This document shows, piece by piece, positions 24,793 through 31,241 of a stretch of 39,946 bases of DNA. How positions within the stretch are numbered: the stretch's first letter is position 1; each line of letters begins with the position of its first letter. This stretch comes from Minisyncoccota bacterium (lineage in GTDB: Bacteria > Patescibacteriota > Minisyncoccia > UBA6257 > UBA9933), in assembly GCA_036444215.1 (NCBI GenBank), contig JAZGAA010000020.1:1-39946 (forward strand). The letters are read 5' to 3'. The notes beneath the pieces were generated by a model that did no database searches, was not told where the DNA came from, and saw nothing but the letters and a program-made list of their open reading frames with translations. The position numbers and the translations under genes were made by a program.

Positions 24793-25749
24793 ATGCCCGA
24801 CATCAATAAACTTCTCAAAACTTATCTTGATTATTTGGAGATTGAAAAAAACCGTTCGCCAAAGACGCGGGAGAATTATGAACGGTATCTTAAGGTATTT
24901 ATAAATTTTGCCCCTCCTGGCGGCGGGCAAGGTAAAATCAGAACTGAAAAAGATATTACCATTGATAAAGTGCGGGATTTTCGACTTCATTTAGCGCGAG
25001 CCAAAACCTCGGATAGAGGAACTTTAAAAAAAACCACTCAGTCCTATTATGTGATTGCTTTAAGGAATTTTCTGAAATATTTAACTAAACAGGATTATAG
25101 TGTTTTATCACCTGATAAAATTGAACTGCCAAAAATTCCGACGAGGCAGATTGAAATTATTGAATATAAAGATTTAGAAAGGTTGCTTGAAGCGCCCAAA
25201 GCACAGGATTTGCGGACTTTGCGTGACAAAGCCATTCTGGAAACTTTTTTCTCTACTGGCTTGCGGATTTCCGAACTCTGCGGGCTTAACCGCTATCTTG
25301 ATTTAAATCGCGGCGAGATTTCAGTGCGCGGCAAAGGCGATAAATTGCGAATAGTTTTTCTTTCCGAACGCGCCAAGAGAGCGATTAAAAATTATTTAGA
25401 TAAAAGAACGGATACTGAAGAAGCGCTTTTTGTAAGTTTATCTTCCGCCAAAGGCGGATCCGCCTCGGGCGGAAAAAGCTCCTCTAAGATTATAGGTAGG
25501 ATTATCCCACGGGCAATTCAAAGATTAGTGAATTTTTACGCTCGAAAAGCCGGCATTCCTGACAAAATTACCCCGCATCAACTTCGTCACCAATTTGCCA
25601 CCGATCTTTTAATGGGCGGCGCTGATTTACGTTCTGTTCAGGAACTCTTAGGGCACGCTAATGTTTCCACTACTCAAATTTATACCCATCTTACCAACAA
25701 AGAACTTCGCGAAATCCACAAAACCTTCCACGCCAGAAGAAGAAGATAA
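24793..25749 (+). CDS. Tyrosine recombinase, XerC/XerD family
   Basis: 318 aa. It has an N-terminal SAM-like domain, then R...HQLRH.FAT.L...GADLR.VQELLGH....TTQIYTH. There is a Ser/Gly-rich insertion (SSAKGGSASGGKSSS). TATAAT at 24780-24785 lies 7 nt before the ATG. Confidence 0.85.
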   Translation: MPDINKLLKTYLDYLEIEKNRSPKTRENYERYLKVFINFAPPGGGQGKIRTEKDITIDKVRDFRLHLARAKTSDRGTLKKTTQSYYVIALRNFLKYLTKQDYSVLSPDKIELPKIPTRQIEIIEYKDLERLLEAPKAQDLRTLRDKAILETFFSTGLRISELCGLNRYLDLNRGEISVRGKGDKLRIVFLSERAKRAIKNYLDKRTDTEEALFVSLSSAKGGSASGGKSSSKIIGRIIPRAIQRLVNFYARKAGIPDKITPHQLRHQFATDLLMGGADLRSVQELLGHANVSTTQIYTHLTNKELREIHKTFHARRRR

Positions 25750-25753
25750 ATTT

Positions 25754-25838
25754 TGGTGCCGGCGAGAGGACTTGAACCTCTAAGCCTTTCGGCACATGGT
25801 CCTAAACCATGCGTGTTTCCCAATTTCACCACGCCGGC
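25754..25838 (-). tRNA. tRNA-Leu (anticodon UAG), CCA encoded
   Basis: The reverse complement folds as acceptor GCCGGCG/CGCCGGC, anticodon stem CATGG/CCATG with loop TTTAGGA, a long variable arm, T arm AGAGG-TTCAAGT-CCTCT, then ACCA. Confidence 0.88.
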
Positions 25839-25845
25839 GCAATAG

Positions 25846-25874
25846 TTGACTTTTTTATAATTTTATGCTATATT
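25846..25874 (+). promoter_or_regulatory. Candidate sigma-70 promoter of the SPFH operon
   Basis: TTGACT (25846-25851), a 17-nt spacer, then TATATT (25869-25874). This leaves a leader of about 125 nt with two small hairpins. Confidence 0.5.
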
Positions 25875-26003
25875 TACGATAACTTCAATAGATACCTTTG
25901 GTATTCTATGAAGCAAGTTTCAGGAATAAATCTTGAAACTTAACTACCTTAACAATTTTATATTGGATTGTATAGAAAGACAATCTGAATGGAGGATGAA
26001 AAA

Positions 26004-26924
26004 ATGCTTATACTCTATTTAATTTTCATTATTATCGTGTGTGGAGTGCTGCTATCGGATTCAATTGTGTTAATTCCAGCATACCATTTTGGAGTAGTGG
26101 AAAGATTCGGAAACCGAACTGGTCGAATTTTTCGCGAAGGGTTAGGATTTAAACTGCCTTTTATTGATAAGGTTCAGTTAATTTCAATGGAGCTGACAGA
26201 GACAGATGTTTCCGTTGTTTTCACAACAAAAGACAAGCTTCAATTAACTTGTTCTGGCTCTCTCCAGTACAGGTCATATCCTGAAATTAAAGACAAAGAA
26301 GGTAGAAATGTTTTTATCTCTATGTCTGAAAAAATTATTACTTCGGGTATAAGGGATGCTATTAAGGCAAAATTAGGAGCTTTAGGTGGCGTGAAAAATG
26401 GAGAAGACTTCATTGAAAATCGTCACGCGGTTGCTGATATAATTAACTGTTTCTTTAGATTTAAAAAGCTTCCTCATCGAGACCACGATCCTCAAGATTG
26501 CGGTGTTAAAAATTGTGATATTCCAGCCGGAGACATTTTAGCTGAAAATCTTCTGGAATTTTACAAGAAACATTGGGTAGTGGTTAAAGCTGAACTAGAC
26601 AAAGAGAAGGAAGAATTAACTGGTTCAGTAATAGAACAAAGATATGGAATTGATATCGAGTTCTACGCGCTATCAGACATCAGTTTTTCAGAAGAAACAC
26701 AAAAGGCCTTTGAAAAGGAAAAACAGGCAGAAGCCAGACAAAGGGCTTTTAAAATGAAGATTTCTATGGCCAAAGAGGTAAAAGATTTAGGAGCTTCTCC
26801 TCAGGTAGCTTTTAATGCCGCTGATGTTTCCCTTAATCCAGAAATTAAAAAGAAAGTGATTTCTGTTGAGGGAGAGGCTGGTATCTTGGGAGGCGTATTA
26901 AGCGGTATAAAGGGAGGTGATTGA
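26004..26924 (+). CDS. SPFH/band-7 (stomatin/prohibitin-like) domain membrane protein
   Basis: It has an N-terminal TM helix, then V.IP....GVVERFG....R...EGL.FK.PFID.V and a C-terminal Glu/Lys/Ala-rich coiled coil. ATG 26004 is preceded by GGAGGA. The ORF-track start is 25989. Confidence 0.75.
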   Translation: MLILYLIFIIIVCGVLLSDSIVLIPAYHFGVVERFGNRTGRIFREGLGFKLPFIDKVQLISMELTETDVSVVFTTKDKLQLTCSGSLQYRSYPEIKDKEGRNVFISMSEKIITSGIRDAIKAKLGALGGVKNGEDFIENRHAVADIINCFFRFKKLPHRDHDPQDCGVKNCDIPAGDILAENLLEFYKKHWVVVKAELDKEKEELTGSVIEQRYGIDIEFYALSDISFSEETQKAFEKEKQAEARQRAFKMKISMAKEVKDLGASPQVAFNAADVSLNPEIKKKVISVEGEAGILGGVLSGIKGGD

Positions 26925-27385
26925 TGATGGCGGAAATTGCAACGCACAGAAAAGGAATAGCTAAACCACCTAAATTCATTTTGGTTATAATATGGTCTAT
27001 AATAGCTATCGTTGTTCTCGTGACATTCGGTATATGGTTGCATACATTGCATACAACTGACAAAAAGGAAGCTTCTTCTCAGCCGGTGGCGATGATGGCG
27101 GATTATCCGATTTGCGCAGGAGGAAGTCATGACTTTTCAAGGACAATTGCTCCAGGGGAAGTTAAGGTTGATTTCCGTCCAGATTGCAGAACAGAAGTAA
27201 CTTTACCTCCAGGAGTAGTTTTTAGAACAGATCCATCTGCTGATATAGAAATTATTTTCATTGATGGTTCTCAATATGTAGATGGTCCTGGTTATCGGGT
27301 ATGGTACGGTCTTAAACGCGGAATTTTTGAGATGCACGGCATTAAAAAAGCAGGCATCTTAAAAATCACTTTTGAGAAAAGTTAA
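26924..27385 (+). CDS. Single-TM protein of unknown function, translationally coupled to the SPFH gene
   Basis: There is a TGATG stop/start overlap, with GGAGGTGA upstream. It has a TM helix (FILVIIWSIIAIVVLVTFGIWL) and a beta-rich domain of about 100 aa with three Cys. Confidence 0.6.
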   Translation: MMAEIATHRKGIAKPPKFILVIIWSIIAIVVLVTFGIWLHTLHTTDKKEASSQPVAMMADYPICAGGSHDFSRTIAPGEVKVDFRPDCRTEVTLPPGVVFRTDPSADIEIIFIDGSQYVDGPGYRVWYGLKRGIFEMHGIKKAGILKITFEKS

Positions 27386-27391
27386 ACACAA

Positions 27392-27433
27392 ACCCCGTTA
27401 GATGAATAAATTCTATCTAACGGGGTATTTTTT
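27392..27433. terminator. Bidirectional rho-independent terminator (SPFH operon / pilin array convergence)
   Basis: ACCCCGTTAGAT-gaataaattct-ATCTAACGGGGT followed by ATTTTTTT. On the other strand it is followed by TTTGTGTTT. Confidence 0.75.
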
Positions 27434-27458
27434 TCTAAAAATTTTCTTAAATTGATTT

Positions 27459-27815
27459 TTATCCACCGGTTTCCAAAAAGGTTCTGATAATTGTTTGGAA
27501 GCCAACTGCTAAGAGGGCAACAATAATGGCAACTGCCGCATAAATTATCTGGTTTTTAGCTTTCTTGACTTTTTCTTCATCACCACCGGCAGTTAAATAA
27601 GTAAATGCCGATAAGATAATATATAGAACAGCGATAATAAAGAAGATAATATAAACCCATCTGACAATATTATCAATTACATCAACCATGCCGGTAACTG
27701 TCGTAACCGGAGATGGAGGAATTGGTGCTGCTGCTCCAACAAGAGCTGCGTTTCCCAATAAAGTTGATAAACCAATTAAAGCGCCGACTGAAATTTTTGT
27801 TTTAAGTTTTTGCAT
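27459..27815 (-). CDS. VirB2/TrbC-like small secreted two-helix protein, paralog P1
   Basis: It has a signal peptide ending in a VGAAA-like motif, then helix - YLTAGGDEEKVKKAKNQIIYA - helix. Confidence 0.65.
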   Translation of the reverse strand: MQKLKTKISVGALIGLSTLLGNAALVGAAAPIPPSPVTTVTGMVDVIDNIVRWVYIIFFIIAVLYIILSAFTYLTAGGDEEKVKKAKNQIIYAAVAIIVALLAVGFQTIIRTFLETGG

Positions 27816-27824
27816 AATAATGTA

Positions 27825-27915
27825 ATGCTAATATACTAATTCATGCTAATTATACTAATGAATACGAATTATTAGTATCTATTCGTATCATTAGTACGCA
27901 TTTGTATATTGGTAT
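27825..27915. repeat. 5+5 iterated-word palindrome upstream of P1
   Basis: The left half has ATGCTAAT / ATACTAAT / ATGCTAAT / ATACTAAT / ATACGAAT. The right half has ATTAGTAT / ATTCGTAT / ATTAGTAC / ATTTGTAT / ATTGGTAT. Confidence 0.65.
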
Positions 27916-27977
27916 CACGCTTAATCTCTTTCGACCTTTGGAAATTGATTATATTATATATTATTAATTACTAAATT

Positions 27978-28319
27978 TTAACCCCCAGTCATTAAAAATG
28001 TTTCTATTATTTGTACCGCTCCTATGGCAATTAGAGTAACAGCAATAGCAATGGCTGCATAGATTATCTGATGATGAGCTTTCTTAACTTTTTCAACATC
28101 GCCGGCAGCGGTTAAATAAGTAAATGCCGCGAAGATAATAAATAAAATAGCTAAAGTAAGAGCAAGCCAGTAGGTTATTGTTAAAATACTGTCAAGTATA
28201 CCTACTAATTCCTCGACACTTGAAGCCGGAGCATCTGGAAGACCAGTAGTATCCGTAAATTGGTCATAAGTAACAGCGGCTTTGGCTGTTAAAAAAGATA
28301 AGATATTTGATATTTGCAT
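27978..28319 (-). CDS. VirB2/TrbC-like paralog P2, with a truncated signal-peptide region
   Basis: The C-terminal half is about three-quarters identical to P3 by eye. The N-terminus MQISNILSFLTAKAA lacks the charged n-region and most of the h-region seen in P3. Confidence 0.6.
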   Translation of the reverse strand: MQISNILSFLTAKAAVTYDQFTDTTGLPDAPASSVEELVGILDSILTITYWLALTLAILFIIFAAFTYLTAAGDVEKVKKAHHQIIYAAIAIAVTLIAIGAVQIIETFLMTGG

Positions 28320-28333
28320 GTTAAGAATTTAAG

Positions 28334-28720
28334 TTAAAGTATACTTTTAACTATTTGCACTGCCCCAACAGATATTAATGTAACAGCGATAGCAATAAGC
28401 GCATAAATTATTTGATGATGAGCTTTTTTGATTTTTTCAGTGTCGCCAGCAGCGCCGAGATAATTAATAGCAGCAAATATAATAAATAGAATAGCCAAAC
28501 AAAGAGCAGTTATATAAGTTACTACTAAAATACTGTCTATTATTCCTACTAATCCACCAACATCTTGAACAGGAGACGCTGGAAGCCCAAGGTCTCCAGC
28601 GCTTGGTATTTTTCCGGGCGTAATAGCAGCTTTAGTTGTTAAAAAAGCTGGACTAATTAAAATTATCAATATAATTATAAAGCCAATTTTACTCCCTGCT
28701 CTTTTGATGCTGATATTCAT
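28334..28720 (-). CDS. VirB2/TrbC-like paralog P3
   Basis: It has a signal peptide (KIGFIIILIILISPAFLTTKAA), then helix - YLGAAGDTEKIKKAHHQIIYA - helix. Confidence 0.65.
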   Translation of the reverse strand: MNISIKRAGSKIGFIIILIILISPAFLTTKAAITPGKIPSAGDLGLPASPVQDVGGLVGIIDSILVVTYITALCLAILFIIFAAINYLGAAGDTEKIKKAHHQIIYALIAIAVTLISVGAVQIVKSIL

Positions 28721-28727
28721 AATATTT

Positions 28728-29054
28728 TTAATCTAAAATACTTTCGATTATTTTGACAGCGCCTGTTGAAATTAAAGCAATAGCAATTGCAATAGCAGCA
28801 TAAAGTATTTGATTGCGGGCTGTTTTAATTTTTTCAGGATCTGCTTTAGCTGTTAAAAAATGGAAAGCTGCGATAATGATAAAAATGATGGCTACAATAA
28901 AAAATGCAGTAAACAGATATTTAGCAATTTTATTTATTACTCTTATAACGTCATCAGGGCTTTCAACTGCTGAATAAGAAATTAATGGAGCGGTGAGTAA
29001 AATTATTAAACCGCCTAAAATTAATAATGATGTAATTTTTGTTAGTTTATTCAT
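28728..29054 (-). CDS. VirB2/TrbC-like paralog P4
   Basis: It has a signal peptide (ITSLLILGGLIILLTAPLISYSA), then helix - FLTAKADPEKIKTARNQILYA - helix. Confidence 0.65.
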   Translation of the reverse strand: MNKLTKITSLLILGGLIILLTAPLISYSAVESPDDVIRVINKIAKYLFTAFFIVAIIFIIIAAFHFLTAKADPEKIKTARNQILYAAIAIAIALISTGAVKIIESILD

Positions 29055-29067
29055 ATTTCTATATTAT

Positions 29068-29460
29068 TTATTCTAATAGTTTTTCTATTATAGCAACAAT
29101 TCCCCAGGCAGACAAGATTATAGCATAGCCAATAACAGAATACAAAATAGTGTGTCTGCCGGTTTTGACTTTTTCCGGATTGTCGCCGGCAGTTAAAATC
29201 TGGAAACCACCGATTAAAATCATAATTGCTAAAATCGGAGCTCCGATTTTAATTAAATAATTAACAATATTTTTAAGAATATCGGTAATATTATCAGCCC
29301 CAAGGGGGTTGGGAAGTGTAACGCCGGGAGTTTGACCAACTCCAGCTGATAAAGCCACGCTAATTATTAGAGATAATCCTAAAAATAACACCACACTAAA
29401 TAAGTATAGAGTTTTTTTATTATTTAATTTTTTTTGCTGAGATTTCATAATTATATTCAA
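29068..29460 (-). CDS. VirB2/TrbC-like paralog P5
   Basis: It has a signal peptide (LYLFSVVLFLGLSLIISVALSA), then helix - ILTAGDNPEKVKTGRHTILYS - helix. Confidence 0.65.
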   Translation of the reverse strand: MNIIMKSQQKKLNNKKTLYLFSVVLFLGLSLIISVALSAGVGQTPGVTLPNPLGADNITDILKNIVNYLIKIGAPILAIMILIGGFQILTAGDNPEKVKTGRHTILYSVIGYAIILSAWGIVAIIEKLLE

Positions 29461-29465
29461 TATTG

Positions 29466-29528
29466 CGAGGTCGGACTTCCTACGAATAATAATAAAGCAT
29501 TAATCAATATTTGGGAAGTCCGACCTCG
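29466..29528 (-). promoter_or_regulatory. Perfect 15-bp GC-rich hairpin between P6 and P5
   Basis: CGAGGTCGGACTTCC (29466-29480) pairs with GGAAGTCCGACCTCG (29514-29528). The loop is AT-rich and about 33 nt. There is no U-tract on the coding (minus) strand. Confidence 0.6.
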
Positions 29529-29532
29529 AATA

Positions 29533-29940
29533 TCAGCAACTAATCTGGTTCCATGGACCGATATCCGCCTGCAAGACGACTTTGATTATTGTATCAATTA
29601 TCAACCAAGAACCAAGAGCAATAATAATTCCGATTACTGCCGATTTTATGATATCCCGGCCATGTTTTACCCGTTCAGGCGAACCGCCGGCCGTCATTAT
29701 CACAAACCCGCCCCAGATGATAAGAGCTACAGCGATTACGATTACAATCTTAACAAGAAAATCTATAATATTCGCGATTAATTTGCCTAAATCGCACCAA
29801 GTGCATGGGTCAGTAGTGCTTGTGCCGCAAGGAACAAGTCCAGCAGCATCTGCTACCAAAGGTAGCAGCACGAAACTAATACTAAATAAAAATACTAAAC
29901 CGATGCAAAAGATTTTTATTTTATTTTTTTGCGTCTTCAT
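29533..29940 (-). CDS. VirB2/TrbC-like paralog P6, Cys-rich subtype
   Basis: It has a signal peptide ending VADAA, then GLVPCGTSTTDPCTWCDLGKL, then helix - IMTAGGSPERVKHGRDIIKSA - helix, and a C-terminal Cys. Confidence 0.7.
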   Translation of the reverse strand: MKTQKNKIKIFCIGLVFLFSISFVLLPLVADAAGLVPCGTSTTDPCTWCDLGKLIANIIDFLVKIVIVIAVALIIWGGFVIMTAGGSPERVKHGRDIIKSAVIGIIIALGSWLIIDTIIKVVLQADIGPWNQISC

Positions 29941-29949
29941 AATTAGTGT

Positions 29950-31230
29950 TTATTTCATCAACGATGAAATTTCGTTTTCTGCCTGCTCTAACGCTTTATT
30001 GGAAACTAATCTGCCATTTAATATTGATTCTATCATATCAGAAAAGATTTGTTTAACTGCGGTGCTGTCGGGCTGGTACCAGGAGCGGGCAGTAAGGGCT
30101 TGTTGGGCAAAAACTCCTAAATCCGGGTCATTAAGGTATTGATTAACAAGCGTTCTAAGAGCCGGCGGATGCCCGGAACTTTCTAAATATTCCAAAGAAC
30201 TTTCGGAATTAGTTGTTAGGAATAAAATAAAATCCCAAGCCCAAGCCGGACTTTGACTTTTATTAGAAACCGCCAAACCCCAATAATTAGCATAATTTAT
30301 TGGTTGAGAAAGATTGAACTGCAGCATCAGCGCTGTTCCTAAATTTAAAAACGGATTTTTAGCTTTTATTTGGGGAATTGCCTCAGCATAATTGAAAATC
30401 ATATCCACTGTTCCTTGGCTGAAAGCGTCAATGGAATATTGGAAATTATCATTCCAAGTGTAAAAAGGACCGGCTGGATTGGCGAATTGAACATAAAAGT
30501 TTAACGCTTCAAGCCCTCGGTCGCCAAAATCCGCTTGGGAGTATTGCTGATTAATCATTTGAGTATCAAATTGGAGCATTAAAAGAGAAAGTAAGTCAGT
30601 TGCCTTACTGATGCTTTTTTCCGAACCGCCGATAGCTGCGGCGGCATGAGCTATTTGATTGGCTTGGTTTTTTGTTCTAAGCCGTGGAATTAAATTCTGA
30701 AATTCATACCATTGAGTTGGCGGCAGGGCAACAGCTTTGGCGTCAAAAGCATCTTTATTATATAAAAACGCTAAAGTATCAATATAAAGAGGCAAACTAT
30801 AAATAATGCCGTTGGAAGTTAAATCTTGTTCAGCCACGGTCGGAAACATTTGGCGAAAATTAGCAAGAGGAATTTGTGATTCGTTTGCTGCCACAATTTT
30901 GTCAAAATGTTTTGGCAACCATGTATTATGTAACATCAAAATATCCGGTCCCCGGCCAGCCGCTAAAGCGTTAATTAAATTATTTTCATAGGAATTGGCA
31001 TTGATTTGGCGGTAGTTAATTCTGACTTCCGGCCGAAATTGCATATAACTCTCTAACGAGGATTGGAAGTTTTTATAATCTTCAATACCCCAAAATGTCA
31101 ATTCGATTTGCTGGCCTCCGCCTCCGCCGCCATTACCGTCTTGCCGGAATAAGACAAACATTAATACCACTAACAGAATTATTGCTGCAGCGATGAAGAT
31201 TATGATTATTTGGGATTTAGTAAAAGACAT
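29950..31230 (-). CDS. Membrane-anchored extracellular solute-binding protein, family 1 (sugar-type), orphan
   Basis: 426 aa with an N-terminal TM anchor and a poly-Gly linker (GNGGGGGGQQ). It has SBP_bac_1-like blocks (LTFWG, GPDILMLHN.W). No permease or ATPase is adjacent. Confidence 0.7.
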   Translation of the reverse strand: MSFTKSQIIIIFIAAAIILLVVLMFVLFRQDGNGGGGGGQQIELTFWGIEDYKNFQSSLESYMQFRPEVRINYRQINANSYENNLINALAAGRGPDILMLHNTWLPKHFDKIVAANESQIPLANFRQMFPTVAEQDLTSNGIIYSLPLYIDTLAFLYNKDAFDAKAVALPPTQWYEFQNLIPRLRTKNQANQIAHAAAAIGGSEKSISKATDLLSLLMLQFDTQMINQQYSQADFGDRGLEALNFYVQFANPAGPFYTWNDNFQYSIDAFSQGTVDMIFNYAEAIPQIKAKNPFLNLGTALMLQFNLSQPINYANYWGLAVSNKSQSPAWAWDFILFLTTNSESSLEYLESSGHPPALRTLVNQYLNDPDLGVFAQQALTARSWYQPDSTAVKQIFSDMIESILNGRLVSNKALEQAENEISSLMK

Positions 31231-31241
31231 ATATTATTTCA

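Noticed and set aside
24643-24990. The 115-aa minus-strand ORF spanning the rpsO/xer intergenic region and the xer 5' end.
   Set aside because: It overlaps the well-supported xer CDS by about 200 nt and runs through the repeat-rich promoter region. It has no motifs, and the sequence looks like translated repeats.
24793-25838. Tyrosine recombinase directly abutting a tRNA-Leu gene, which looks like an integrase/tRNA integration hotspot bounding a genomic island containing the SPFH and pilin genes.
   Set aside because: The recombinase has the full XerC/XerD-type C-terminal motif set and lies on the 3' side of the minus-strand tRNA. Any island anchored at the tRNA 3' end would extend into rpsO-pnp-nusA, which are core genes. 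The SPFH/pilin side faces the tRNA 5' end. I saw no direct repeat of the tRNA 3' end.
26924-27385. The gene after the SPFH protein as an NfeD family partner.
   Set aside because: Position and the TM anchor fit, but I cannot see NfeD sequence hallmarks. The domain carries three Cys, unlike typical NfeD OB-folds. It is left as unknown and needs a profile search.
27459-29940. The six small proteins as type IV (PilA-like) pilins or competence pseudopilins.
   Set aside because: None has the class III prepilin leader (G/FTLxE with Glu at +5). The N-termini look like ordinary Sec signal peptides, and each protein has two hydrophobic helices around a basic loop. That is the VirB2/TrbC pattern.
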